A DNA stretch of 64,000 nucleotides, taken from NCBI GenBank assembly GCA_016748015.1, contig JAAOMT010000572.1:186001-250000 (forward strand). Direction: 5' to 3'. Each line of letters opens with the position of its first letter. The stretch's first letter is position 1. A program made the position numbers and the translations under genes. A model generated the notes under the pieces. It saw nothing but the letters and a program-made list of their open reading frames with translations, was not told where the DNA came from and ran no database searches. Positions 50,379 through 64,000 of the stretch are shown one piece after another. The stretch is from Geosiphon pyriformis uo1 (lineage: Eukaryota; Fungi; Glomeromycota).

Positions 50379-50982
50379 CAGAGGGTGTCCAAAAGTTTCC
50401 GAACAAGATTTTATTTAACAATAATATTTATTTTTTTATAAAATAAAACAAAATAAACAACACATTTATAATTTTATAGTAATTTTCTAAATTTTTCCAT
50501 TAAGTGTTACTAAACGTTTAAGTCGGCGATATTTTTGGTGAGTAAATAAACGTGGACGTCCTGAACGAGGTCTTGAATCAATTGAACCAGTTTCTTTAAA
50601 TCGTTTTATTGTATCCGAAACTGTTGTCAAGCTGCAATTGACTATGTTGGCAATATCACGATATTTCTTGCCATGCTGTTGTAATAAGCATATAGTATTA
50701 CGTTGAGCAATCGTTAATTCTTTTTTTGCTCCCATTTCGTTTTAATAAAAACGACGAAAAAATCTTATATGCGCGTTACATTTCATTTTTATAAAAAAAC
50801 GAGTATGAATAAAATCGATTATGCGCGTCGCGAAAAAACATTATACACGTGTTTAAAAAATAAAAAACGCGTAATTAAATAATTAACTAACTTAATTTAG
50901 TAATAAACTCGTGCTTTTCTAATTATTCAAGCATGTGGAATGTTACTCCAAAGTTTGTTCGGAAACTTTTGGACACCCTCTG
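50379..50982 (-). mobile_element. Tc1/mariner non-autonomous element, 604 bp, perfect 28-bp TIRs, TA TSD
   Basis: CAGAGGGTGTCCAAAAGTTTCCGAACAA at 50379-50406 and its reverse complement at 50955-50982. TA lies at 50377-8 and 50983-4, and excision restores the E gag frame. Confidence 0.97.
50487..50735 (-). CDS. Truncated Tc1 transposase: N-terminal paired-like HTH plus GRPR motif only (82 aa)
   Basis: KKYRDIANIVNCSLTTVSDTIKRFKETGS..RSGRPR; no DDE domain. Confidence 0.85.
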   Translation of the reverse strand: MGAKKELTIAQRNTICLLQQHGKKYRDIANIVNCSLTTVSDTIKRFKETGSIDSRPRSGRPRLFTHQKYRRLKRLVTLNGKI

Positions 50983-53900
50983 TAGTAACTATTTCTTTTT
51001 CTTTTTTGTTTTTTAAGTTTTCACTTTGTTCTGATTAATTTTTTTTACTTTCTAAATTTTTTGAATGATTATTTTGATTTTTTGTTAAATAATTAAGAAG
51101 ATTAATACTGGTTAAAATTGGTTTTACTGTTGGGTAAAACTTTTAGATAACTGAAAATTTTTTGGTCTTAAGAAATAAATAAGTAGAAAATTTGGTGTTT
51201 GTAATTAAGCAAATAAAATTGGAAATAGTACAATTGAAAGTAGTAATTTAATATTTTGTTTCTTATTTAGGTATTTGCAAATGTTTGGCTGTAATTTTTA
51301 AAGTATTATAGATAGTTTTGAGGTTTTATTTTTGTTTTTGTTTTTCTTTACTGTTTTCTGGTTCAAATTCTAAGTTAAAAAAGAATTTAGATTGTATAAA
51401 GTATTTTTTTTCACAATATTAGATAATATTAAAGTCGAGTTCTTAAAAGTAAGTGTCAAGTGTTTGGCTGTTGAAATTTTTAGTACTTAAACAAAAATAG
51501 TATAGCAAGTTTTCATATAGCTTTCTTTTAATTTTAGATATCTTGTAATCTTTAAAAAGATAGTTATTAATATAATTTTCAATGTATTAGTAAAGTGTCT
51601 TTTTAAAAACTTTGATTCCATCTGAGATGTTGAATTTCTGGTTACAATAGGTGTAAATCAATTAATAATACTCTAAAATAGTTGTGTTTGCTAAAGTTAT
51701 TACTTTAAATTTATTGCTGTGTTAATTTATAAAAAAGCACCAAATATTACTGGAAATTTTTGATCTTTTTTTTAAATGTTGTTGTTATTGCTTTGTTGTT
51801 TAATTTCTAATTATTGAAAGCTGTTGAATCTTTAATAACTGAATTTATCTTCAAATTATTTCTTATAATTTAAACTGCTAAGCTTATAAATAGAATAACC
51901 AATTTTATACCAATTACTAATATAGTTATTTTGTAGTAAAAGTCAGCTCTTTTTCAGAAAATATTTGTTTGAAAGCTTACTAAAAATATGTAGTTACTTT
52001 ATTGTAAAAGTCAACTTTTCTACAAGAATTTTATCTGTAAATTATTTTAATATATATAATAAAAAGAAGAATTATAGAATTCCAAAATTTCAAAATTCCA
52101 GAATTTTTTTCAAAGAAATTAAAAAATTTTAAAGAATCTTGTATAACACGAATTATGTATATATAGCAAGAGTATTAAAAGCAGAAAAAATAATTCAGAT
52201 TAGTTCAAAACAGTTAAAAACAAATAATTATCTAATAACTTTCTTTTCAAAAGATGGTTTTTTATAACTTAAATAGAAATATACTTATATTAATAAAATA
52301 TTTATTATTATTCAAATCCATGATCACATTAATTAATTAAAAAAATATTAATTATTTCTATACTATTAACAATCTATGCTAATAGAATTTAATACTTAAT
52401 TATATTGGACCAATAGCTCTTAATTATGGCTATTAACAAGATACTAATTTTTTATTTTTTTTTATTTTTTTTTATTTTTATTTTTTTGTTGTTTACTAAT
52501 TAATTAAAAAATTAAGTACTAAATAATTGACATTAAGGATAATCTGGTAAAAAATTTAGGAACAAAGATAGAAAACTTAAGAATAGCTTATCAGAAAGAC
52601 ATAACTATCAGAAAAAACCAGTTATCATGCTGAAAAAAAAAATTCATAAAAAAAAACTATCAATTAAATCTCTGTTTATTTTACAAAAAACTCAACCAAA
52701 ACTTTCAGACTTCAAAATCTTTAAAATTATTATTATTAACAACTATTGAACATTAAGTTATAAGTTTGTTATTTGTTTTAACACCCCAAATAATTACTTG
52801 TAATATTTGGTGCTTTTTGTAAAATATAATCTAACAGAAACTAGCATCAACATTAACTATTCAAAAAAGTAACAGACCAAAAAATCAGAGAAAAAAATCA
52901 TTTAGAATTCACAAAATCTTTATTTCAATATTACCAAACTTATTTTGAACTAACAAATAATTATTGGTCAGCAAAATCAGTCTTTAATTTTTACATAAAC
53001 AAAAAATTATATATTATTTGGAAAACCAAGAAGATTCAAAAGCTGTTCTCAAAAATTCTACAGTAAATTACTCCATAGTACTATATTTCCACAAAATTAT
53101 TTGTTTATCTTATTAATTACAAAGATAAATTGAGAAATTAAGAATTACACTCAGCAGAAATTTTTTATTATTTTTACAGACAAAGATAAAAAAAAGTTAT
53201 AAACTCTAACAAAAACACCAAGAAAAATACAACAACTTACTTAAAAGAAACCAAAAGATATTTTACTTATATACTTATTTTACTATTATATATTAGAAGA
53301 TATTATTCATATATTATCCAAATTCATATTATTATTAACTGCAAAAATATTATTATTCAAAATATTGTTCCAAAATAATTAAAAAAAAGCCAAATTATTA
53401 AAAATTTATAATGATTTTTTTAAAGGATTTAAATTACAGTCAACAATCTCATTAGAACTTTAATTACTACTACTTCAACCAAATTTTAGATTTACTAGTA
53501 ATTGAACAAATACTAATTCAGAAAAAAAAACAGTGATTAAGAAAATAATAATCAAAATTTGATCTCAAATAATCTGAAAATCCAAACTTCAATTGTTTAA
53601 ACTTAGCAAAACTTAAACAATTCAAATCTTACTCCTATTTTTTAACAACACTTATCTTTAATTATCCTGATTTATTAACTGTTAGTAGTATTAATTTCTA
53701 TTTAGCAATAATTACAACAATAACAACTTGCACAAATGACATATATACCAATCACTAAACTTGAAAAATTTACTGGTAAAAAAAACAACATTTAAGAATA
53801 ACTAAACAATATAACAAAAGTTATTATAGCTAATAGATAAGACAACACTAGAGCATTTTAAGTAATTTTCTACTTCTTATAAAATATAATTGACTTATAA

Positions 53901-56464
53901 TACCAGAATTTTGTTAACAAATTTTAAGATTTTAATATATTTAAAACTGTGTTTTTATAATATTTTAGCAATTATAATAGCATTAATTATTTGTTAACTG
54001 GCTTTACCACTATTAAACAAAATAATAACAAAGCAGTTACTACTTATTTGGAATTTTTTCATAGAAATTTGTGCCAAATCTAAGCAATCAATGCTAACTA
54101 CTTTATAGTACTACAAATACTAAATTAATTTATTTATGAATTATATAGTAATTTGTTATTATAAATACATTTAATACACCCAAATATCTTTTAAGACACA
54201 ATTATACACACCAGAAATTTTGAATTGGCTGAATTCAAAGCCAATTATGCCCAAATTATAAATTTAGTAATAAATAAATTATTTTAATTAAATACCAAAT
54301 TGAAACAACTTGGTAAAGCTATTAATAAGAAAATTAAAAAATATTTAGCTAACAACTAAATAATTTATTAGTCTTTTCAACATTGTAATAATTAAAGAAA
54401 CACAAATCAGTTTCAGAATCAATTATATTTAATACTATTATTTATGGCAAATCAATTATGGCAACAAAAAATGTAAAATTGCTACTATTATAATAAATAA
54501 GATTATCTAAAAACAGATTATTACTTAAAATTAAGTAACCAATAATTAAAAAACCAATATAAAAACTCTAATTGCAGATTTTAAACTTCAAATTATACTC
54601 AGAATTAGGAATAATATTAATATTAAACCCCATATTAATTAATAATACAACAATTTATATATATCTTTAATGTATTAAGCTTCAATATCTGTACTCTATC
54701 AATTATAATATACCAACTGATTTTTAGTTTATTGAACCAGTTATTAAAAGCATTTTAACAAAGTTCAAGAAGTAAGTACACCTAAATCTGAATTTCCAGA
54801 GCTATTTAAGTCTTTTAGTTACCTCAAAAAACACTTAATCTAACAATATAAAACAGCCAAAACAACTACTTATTAATAATATTTTACCAATAACAGTCAC
54901 TAAAAATGAATTACTTGTAGCCATATACTTTTTCAAATTAGAAAAATCAGTAATAATATTTCTATTTAGTAAAATTATTCTCAATGCTAAAACCAATTAT
55001 TGTAATATATACTGATGCCAAAGTCAATAGCCAATTTATTAAACTAATTCTTAATAGCAAATTAGCAAACAGCATTATTACAATTTATGAATCAATTAAG
55101 TTGCTAAGTTGATTATACTGCCAATACCAGAATTATTACAGTCAATGAAGCAACCAAAATTTTTATTGGTAAAATCAATAACTTTCTATTTAAAGTTAAT
55201 GGTATCATTACACTTATTAAAGTTCTTATTATAGAAACCATAAAATATTAAGCTCTTGTTGATAATAATTGGCTGTTTAAGACCAATTCTATACTCGACT
55301 AGAATATTTAAGAGCTATAGCTCAGTCAAAATAATTAACATACTTAAGTATTATTTACCTACAGTCACTTCAAAATAATCCAATCACAGCCACTAATAGA
55401 ATTCAAAAAAAAACAAACAAATCTATCTGAAAAGTCTATCAAGTTTTGTGGACTAAAGATAAATACAATAAATTACCACCAATACTCTCTTAAAATAACA
55501 AGAGAAAAGAAAAAAAAAAGACAAATTTCAAGCTACCACTGCTACTGAAAAACAACCAATAGTTAACATATATTATACTCAATCTCAAAACCAAAAAAAC
55601 AATCATTTTATATTCTATTTAAATACAAAAACTATAAGAAAAAGCTTTTATTTATGGAAACTTGAATTTTACTTAAAGAAAACTATAAAACATATACTTA
55701 TTACTACTATAAAGCATACTACAAAAAACACTTTGGATATCTAAAATAACAAAAAAAGTGGAACAACAAATCATGTTTTACTTGTAAAGAAATTTTATTT
55801 AACAAAAGAATATGAAATAACATTTTTGGTTATAAAAAATATAATATATTATGTTAATACACAATTTTTATTAACAACTAAATAAGTAAAAAAATGCCTT
55901 TTAATATTACATAAAACAAAGCATTTTGCTATTTGAATAGTTATTTACACAATAAAAACAAAATTTGGTGAATGGCAAATGCCAAAGTTAAAAATGTTTT
56001 ATTTAGTAAAATACTTATTATTAAAACTAATTCATCAGAATTTATTGAAACTATTTTTATTTCAAATCTTAACATTTTTGTTAATATTCTAAACAATCCA
56101 AAACAATTTTATAAATACTATCAAGATTTAGCACTCACTTAAGAGGAACAAGAGCAGTATTTAGAACATTTAAATATTAAAATTTGTAAACATTGTCTAA
56201 TTTTTAGTGACTTTGAATATTGTAATAATTATGATTTTATCTAAAATTTACTATTATATATGATCTATTTAATTTCTGATAAGAAAAAACCAATTAGCAA
56301 TTGTACTTGGAATCAGAATTGAAATTTAATTCCAATTTAGACTTTAATAATAATAACAATAATAGATCCAATACTATTTACAATGACAATCACAATAATA
56401 ATAATTTAAATCTTAATTACAACTCCAAACAATATATCATGCTTCCAAATCTTTTAAAAAAGCA

Positions 56465-56895
56465 GAAACTTAAATAGTTTAGTAATAATAATAAAAGTAT
56501 TATGCCAAAATGCATATATAATATTAATATAGAGTTTGATCTTCAATATTTAAGCAAAACTGTTATCAAATTGGAATCTTATTTATGTATTAGTATAGAT
56601 TTAAAAATAGCCATAGAAATTCTAATAACAATAATAGTCCAATTAGTGTCTAAATCTAGTTTAGTAAAAAGAAAATTAATATCAGAAAAAGAATAATTGA
56701 TATAAAATATATAGAAAATATCATTATAATACTTCAAAATAAATCAAAAAAAGCATACACAATTGAACCAAATGAAAAATTAATACAAACAATATTCTTA
56801 TTTCTAGTAAAAATAACTCAGTTAATATTAGTAAAAATAAGAAAAAAGTTAGAAATTACAACAAAAGAGATAAATAAATTTGAATTCATGAGTAA
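56465..56895 (+). pseudogene. dUTPase domain of element D
   Basis: IEFDLQY..CISIDLKIAIEI..VQLVSKSSLVK aligns to 14213-14644. Confidence 0.8.
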
Positions 56896-59800
56896 AATAA
56901 AGGTACCAGTTAATATAATGAAGAAAGAAATCATTAATCAGAAAGAAATTATTTTTATCAATCAATCAATTTTTATTTCACTTTATAACCAGTATATACT
57001 AGTCATAAAGAGAAAAGTAAGAGATTAATTCCAGATTTTTGAAGTAGACCCAACTATTTGTGAATCAGAAGAGATTGTCATTACTAATCTCTACATACCA
57101 GCCAAAAACCACAAACATATTAAGATCTTAATATACAATACAACCAGAAATCCAATAGAAATATCAAGCAGAACTACTATTGAATACTTAAACACTAAAG
57201 TTAAAAATCAAGCACCAATTACTATTCCAGATTTTTTACAACTTTGTAGATATATAGACATTATATTACTAATAATTTATAGATAAAAAAAATACTATTT
57301 GCTACAATCAGAACAATTAGAGCAAATAAACTTAAAAAACTTAAATCTACTTTAATGTATATAGCTTAAACTATTATTCAACAATTTTACTAATATATTT
57401 GCAAGTAAAAATAAATTTGGCAGAACTAATATTATTTAATATCAAATCAAAACTGGAAATACAATACCAATAAAACAAAGAACATACTGAGTATCATTTA
57501 CTAACTATAAGATCATTTGTTAAAAAATCAACTAAATATTAAACAATGGATTAATTCAATTATTAATGAATTTATAATTATTATTAATAGTACTTGTATG
57601 AAAAAAAAATAAAAAAATCCACTTTTGTATAAATTATAGAAAATTCAATAGTTTTATGTATAAAAACAGCTATTTAATTTCACAGATCCAAAAATTATTT
57701 GATGCTTTTGGAAGAAAAAATGGTTTTTAATATTAGACTTAAATAATGCTTACTAATAAGTAGTCATAAATTCAATTAACAAAGAAAAGACAGTATTTAC
57801 TATAAAAAAAGAACTTTAAATTTGATGTTATGCTTTTTGGCTTAATTAATATTCCAGCTACTTTTCAATGATTAATAAAAATCATTTACACTAGACTATT
57901 ATAAAAATCAGTAGTAGTTTACTTGAACAACACTAACATGTTCTCTAAGATATTTAATAACCATTTCTATTATTTTTAAAAAGTGTTTGAAAAGTTAAAA
58001 AGAGCCAAATTAAAATTGAATACTACTAAATACTTCTTTAAGAAAACAGAATTCAAGTTTTTGGAACATGTCATAAGCAAAAACATCATCAAAATAGATT
58101 TAGACAAAATCGAAATAATTAAAAACTTTTCAATATTAACAAACTTAATAAAACTAAAGACATTTTTGGAATTTGTCAGATATTACTACTACTTCATTCA
58201 AAATTTCTCCAAACTGGCTTAATTATTTTATTAGCTCTAAGCAAAAAACACTAAATATGAATAAACAAAAAACCAACATAAAGCTTTTAATATATTGCAA
58301 AAAAAACTTATTTAAGTTTTAGTATTAATCTATTCAGATTACAGCAAACCATTTATTATTACTACTAATATATTGAATTAGCATTAAAAGCAATGCTATC
58401 ACAAAAAAAATCAAATATACAAAAACATTCAGTAATATATACTAATTAAAGTTTAAATTCAGCTAAAAAAACCTATAAAACTTTAGCACTAGAACATTTA
58501 GCTATTTATTGAACTGTTATAAAATAAAAAAAATACTTTAATCAGAAGTTTAATATATACACTAATTACAAAGAATTAATATCAATCCAAAAGCAAAAAT
58601 TTAGAATTATCACTATTTAATTATACTATATATTATAAAAAAAATAAAAAATAAAAATGCTGATAATTTGTTATAAATAAAACAAATATAAAAAAAATTT
58701 CAACTCAAAAATATTAATAACTTTAACATTATATTAATACTCAACAATTAAGAAAAAATTATTTCAAAAAAAACAAAATTACATAAAACAACAATCAAAA
58801 TATTTTATTATTTACTAAAATATATTATATTAAAAAAACAGAAAAAATTTAGACCAATTATTCAGAATAATTATAAAACCAAAGAAAAAAACAATACTAT
58901 TTAACATACATTCAAATTCAATTACAGAACACTTCTATAAAGAAGCAACCATAGAAAAAACCAGAAAAAGATACTATTGACTATTAATATATTCAGATAT
59001 TATTCAATATGTTCAAAATTGTGATGTTTGTCAAAAAAGAGAAAGAACAAATCATTAAAACTAATTAAAATGGGACAATTATTTAATTGAATTAAAATTG
59101 ACTTAGTTGAATCACTAACTATAATCAACAAAAGCAATTAATATATAGCAGTAATTATAAATTATCTCATAAAGTAACCAAAAGCAAAAACAAATCAAAA
59201 AGCAAATACAAAATTCATAGCTGAATTCATATATAAAAATTTGATTTGTTAACATAAATATCCAAAAAAATTATTATCAGACCAAGAAACTCACTTTGTA
59301 AACAGAACATTGACAAAATTAAGTCAAAAATTTGGAGTTAAGAGACTATTATTATCATTATATTATTTATAAACAAATAGCTTAGTTAAAAAGTTTGATA
59401 AAATATTGTATAATATAATAGTCAAGATTAGCCAAAAAAATTAAAACAAATGGAATTTGTTTATATTATCAATATTATTTGTTTATTAGACAATAAAGCA
59501 AAATATCATACAAATAACACTATTTAAATTAGTCTATAATAAAACAACCATATTATTAGTTAAGATAAAAATCAATATATATCCAACTGAATTAATAACA
59601 AAAGCCAACTTTTAAAAAACATTGTTAAAAAGAACATATAACTTAATAAAAACTTTAGAAAACAAAAGATAAAAAGCAGTTAATAATATATAAAAGTTAT
59701 AAAAAAAACAAAAAAAATAACATAATAATCAGTTATCAAATAAACCAGCCAAATTTAGAATTAAAAACAAAGTACTCTTATATTATATTAAAGCAGAAAA

Positions 59801-60119
59801 ACAATAGAATAAAAAATTTGATCCTAAATAGAACAACCTATTTTATATTAAAGAAATTTTGAGAAATAAAGCATATAAATTAAGATAAAACAACAAAATT
59901 TTAGTCAAAACAGCATATAGTAATTAATTAAAACTATATTACAATATAATATTATCTTTACCAATAATATTTTACAATTGAAAATACAATAAATACTAGT
60001 CTAACCAGATAAATTCTACAAAATCTGGAACCAATTATAATTATTGATATAAATACATCATATTAATTTACCAAAACAGTATAAAAAACACTAATACATA
60101 CAATAAAAGCAATAAAAAA

Positions 60120-60782
60120 ATGAAAATTACAGACAATATTTACTTTTTAGCTCAACAATTATTTTAATTCATCAAACATCAAAAATTAAACATGAAAATT
60201 ACAATCAATTAACAAATAATACAATATAAAAACACCAAAAAAAAACCAAAACTCTAATATAAAGTACCATATAAGATACATATAAAGCCCAAAAACATAG
60301 TAAAAAAAATAATAGCAAAAGTAAAGATGTTATTAAAACTACCAAAGACAATAATATTATATAAAAAATTAATAAAAAAAAATTGAAAATGGTAAATACA
60401 ACAATTTTTTAAAAACTTTTGTTATTATTACCTAAAAAAAAGCTCAATATTTAGAATTTGTATACTAATAAAACCAGACAGATGTTTAATATAACAATAT
60501 TATAGCAAATAAAACAATTTGTGAAGAAAAACAATTTATTCACACAGATATAAGCAATATACTGATTACAAACAGAATTTTATAAATGTCCAAAAATACT
60601 ATTACACTTAATAATAAATACAATAATTATTAATCAATTAAGAAAAATTACTAATTCCAATTCAAAAAATTATAAACTAAATTGCTCAAGTAATTTTAAA
60701 AAAAAAATGATAAAATTAATCTAAAAAGAAGATTTAAAAGAACTAAAAGATTTGAAGAAATCATAACAAAGCTCAATATTAA
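60120..60782 (+). pseudogene. Extra ORF3 of element D
   Basis: MKITDNIYFLAQQLF*FIKHQKLNMKITIN...AQY* directly precedes the eroded PPT. Confidence 0.7.
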
Positions 60783-61169
60783 AAAAAAAAATATTATTAC
60801 TTATAAAAATAAAAATCATAATAGATAAAAAATAGTCAATAAGAAAAAAACATAGTAAAAAAAAAATTCCAGAATTTTTTTTAAGAAATTGTAAGATTTC
60901 AGAATTTTTTTTAAAACACAAATTATATATATATAACAAGAATATTAAAAACAAAAAAGTAATTCAAATTAGTTCAAAACAATTAAAGACAAGTAATAAT
61001 TTAATATCTTTTTTTTAAAAAGATAGTTTTCTATAACTTAAAATAAAAACATATCCATATCAATAAAATATTTATTATTATCTAAATTCATAGTCATATC
61101 AATTAATTAAAAAAATATTAATCACTTTTATATTATTAATAATTTATGTTGATAGAATTTAATACTTAA

Positions 61170-63542
61170 TTCACAGATCGGTTATGATCAGGTGTGTAAC
61201 ACATAGTAAAATTTTACACAGATCTACTATTAGAAACACCGAACACTGGTTTTTTATGCTATTAGCAGCTATTGCATTGATCAAAGCAATTAGTGATACA
61301 AATATGCAGGCCTCTCCGAAAATGGTAAATAAAGACATGTGCACAAGATAGTAGCAATTTTGCTTTTTTTCGTGGCTTTTGCTATGTAGAAAACCAGCAT
61401 TTTTGCTTCCATTCATATAGTAAAAATTATCAGTATTCAACGATTCAAAATTTTCACAGTCAGTAATATGCCTTTTTTTGGAAAAAGTGTGAAAGCTTAC
61501 AAAGATCTTATAATTATAGCACACTTTATTGGCTTTATTACACCCACACTCTCTTTTCTGTTGAGCAAATTAGAGTTAATTGAAGTGTTTTTCTGTTATA
61601 ACTTGGCAGCTGTTTGTTGAGCTTACATAGGAAAGTGATTAACCACACCTCCATTTATTGTTTTATCATCTTGATTGGTATGTTCAACAGTTTTTTTACA
61701 GAAAAAATATGGCCAAAAATAAGAAAACTGAAACATAATGAAAATGGTATCAATTTTGCAGGTGGTTTCCCTTATTATTTATTTTCTATAACTATCATAT
61801 CTCCTAAAGAACTTCAGTTCTACCAATTTCTAACATTTGTCGTGCTTGTTCATTTGCAGTATCTTTAAAAGCATGAGAAAACCTCCCAATTCAATTTTGG
61901 ATCATATTCACTTTTGGAACGTCTTTCTGCACAATTTTTCCTAATTCTACAAATCTCATAAGTTCAACTTGCATTTCTTTTGCTAACATGTGATCTCGAA
62001 GGGTTGAATTTTTATTTATAAAAAAACTTTGCAACAACATATTTATCTTTTTTGACATATGTTTTCCCTTTCTCTTTCCACCCATTTTCTGATTTTGTTT
62101 TAGTGCCCATCCTTTTGGTAGTGGGTATTCTTGATCGATCAGACTATGATTCTTTTGATTAAAATTCTATATAAGACTTTGTGAATACAATGAAGAGGCT
62201 TACCTCAGGCTGAAAGCAGTGGCATCTTAATTTATATTTTACAAATATAAGGTTGATATCAAACAATCTTATTATTTTATTTAGAATCAATTTAAGAAAA
62301 CACACTGACCTCGTGATCTTTTTTTGGCCTCTCCAATAGTCAGTTCTATCATTGATTGATTTCCAATATCATCTACTCTTTGAGTATTCTCTAATTAAAT
62401 TTAAAAGTAATATTGGTATTATTTACATTATTGTTGCTACAAATGACTTTCAGATTAGATCTACTTGACATCCATGGCATTTGCATCTTCCAATCAATGA
62501 GATTTTCAGTATGCTCTGAAAAAAAAGGTTTTGGTCTAACAATCTCTGTATTACATAAATTTGCTACAGCTGCTGGTGAATAATTCTCCAATCTAACATT
62601 TGTATAGGGATTTTTCTTGACTTGATCTGCTCGTCAAAAATGCATTTCAGTATATTTTCATTACTCCATTCATTTGGTGTACATACAAATGATTTTTTAT
62701 AATTCATTAATTGAAATAAGAATTGTGTATCAGGATATTTAATACCAAAAAGAGTTTCTTCATTGTATTTGATAAGAATTCCTAATTTTTTTCAAATGTT
62801 GTTGGGTGTTTCGCCTTTAATTGATCTAATACATGTTTTATCTTGATATATATGTAAATAACAAGTAGATTTGTTAATTTCTTGTACAATGAGTCGTTGT
62901 TGTCCACTTATCTTTGTCATTATTGTTGAGATATATCCTGTTCCTGCACCATAGTAATTTTTGAAAGATAAACATCCAATTGAATTAATAACAATTGTAT
63001 GTTTGTCAACTTTCAGAAATAATAGTACAAATGAAATGTTTTGTTAATTTCTGAACAAGAGCTTTATTATTGAAACCAAGGATTGAAAGACCCGAGTATT
63101 CTGTCTTAACACCAAATATACTTTGATACAAAGTATTGATTGCAGTCGAAGGTGAGTTTTCAATATTACTAGATTCTGAACTATTAGTACAAATAAAGCC
63201 AGGTTTCTGACAACTAGTTTGTTTTACTATTGTCATTATAAACTGTTGTTTGTTTAGTTTAAAACCAACACACATATACAGTCGGTAAGGTATAGTAAAA
63301 ACCTCATTTTTAAATTGTTTTTGAATCCACCAATTCCGAGTAAACAAACCATAATGTGTTTCAGAAATAATAAGACCTTTGTCAAGGAGGTTTACAGTAT
63401 ATTGTTGACTTTGAGCCATATTATGACAAATGTTAAGAAAGACAGAACATTTAAAAACAAAGAAAAAACTATAATAAGTATAACCGCTAAATTTGATTAT
63501 TATTTGTCGATCATTTGAACATGGTAATATCTGATCTGTGAA
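61170..63542 (-). mobile_element. TTAA-site DNA transposon, internally deleted (Sola3-like is tentative), inserted in D's 3' LTR
   Basis: TTAA lies at 61166-61169 and 63543-63546. Imperfect TIRs are TTCACAGATCggttatgatca and TTCACAGATCagatattacca. Removal restores the LTR seen at 52391-52417. Confidence 0.85.
61830..63419 (-). pseudogene. Spliced transposase-like gene remnant (N-terminal HYG..WW/SG..LGF domain, C-terminal GWALK + HTH-like domain; catalytic core not seen)
   Basis: ORFs 63006-63419, 62391-62591 and 61891-62085. GTCAGT..AAG and GTAAGC..AAG introns flank a 22-nt exon near 62204-62225. Confidence 0.7.
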
Positions 63543-64000
63543 TTAAATACATTAGACTAATAGCTTTTAATCATAGTTATTTTATTTTTTATTTTGTTTT
63601 CTTTGTTGTTTACTAATTAATTAAGAGATTAAGTACTAAGTAATTGACATCAAAAATAGCTTGGTAAAAAACCTAGAAACAAGAATAGAAAACTTAAGAA
63701 TAGCTTACCAGAAAAGTATAACTGTCAAAATAAACCAGCTACCATGCTGAAAAAAAAAATTTATACAAGAAAACCATTAATTAAATCTCTGTTTATTATA
63801 CAAAAGACTCAACCAAAACCTTTAGACTCCAAAATCTTTAGAATTATTATTATCAACAACTATTGAACACTAAGTTATAAGTTTGTTATTTGTTTTAACA
63901 CCTTAAATAATCTGTAATAGTAAACTACTATTTTGTATTTTAGTAAACTATTAATTATTTTAATGAATTTCTATAAATTTTGGCAAATTTTTGAATATTA

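Larger units (their letters stand above)
47009..52055 (-). mobile_element. Gypsy element E, internally deleted (gag, PR, Cys module; little or no RT/IN seen); 5' LTR resumes at 63920-64000
   Basis: 3' LTR about 47009-47689 with PPT gagaaaaagg. PBS tttggtgct lies at 51736-51744. gag reads IYITKISEFLEEN, and the Cys module reads YKSCNKKFLSIKAC..CYYYKFC. Confidence 0.7.
52057..63919 (+). mobile_element. Near full-length, heavily eroded Gypsy element D (same architecture as C), inserted in E's 5' LTR
   Basis: 5' LTR about 52057-52805, then PBS tttggtgct, gag about 52870-54530, PR about 55000-55370, Cys module about 55620-56240, dUTPase, RT (57983-58222 fragment), IN about 58900-60050, ORF3. The 3' LTR is 60795-61169 + 63547-63919. 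Confidence 0.9.

Noticed and set aside
61171-61868. ORFs 61171-61524 and 61614-61868 as cargo genes
   Set aside because: They are short, start at GTG/TTG, have no recognisable motifs and lie in the transposon's subterminal region.

Overview
This is very AT-rich eukaryotic DNA, almost entirely a graveyard of nested transposons. The protein styles recall Glomeromycotina fungi, probably Geosiphon-like (recognition from memory, not a search). The only probable host gene is an intron-containing orphan at about 2982-4106 (-), lying in a CpG-retaining island. A full-length LINE (5532-28605, -) is split by three stacked Ty3/Gypsy elements: A, then B inside A's LTR, then C inside B's LTR, each joined at a YCAT tetramer. 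The window also holds a second full-length LINE (35159-41905, +), a 5'-truncated LINE with a 15-bp TSD, more decayed Gypsy remnants, Gypsy E carrying a 604-bp Tc1 mini-element, and Gypsy D carrying a TTAA-site DNA transposon in its 3' LTR. The best candidate for an undescribed system is the Gypsy lineage itself. Its pol has a triple Cys-cluster module and a dUTPase between protease and RT, and a conserved non-env ORF3 ends at the polypurine tract. Its LTRs are modular, with 10/20/40-bp U3 arrays. All retroelements show pervasive C>T/G>A erosion in CpG and non-CpG contexts. All coordinates and alignments were read by eye.
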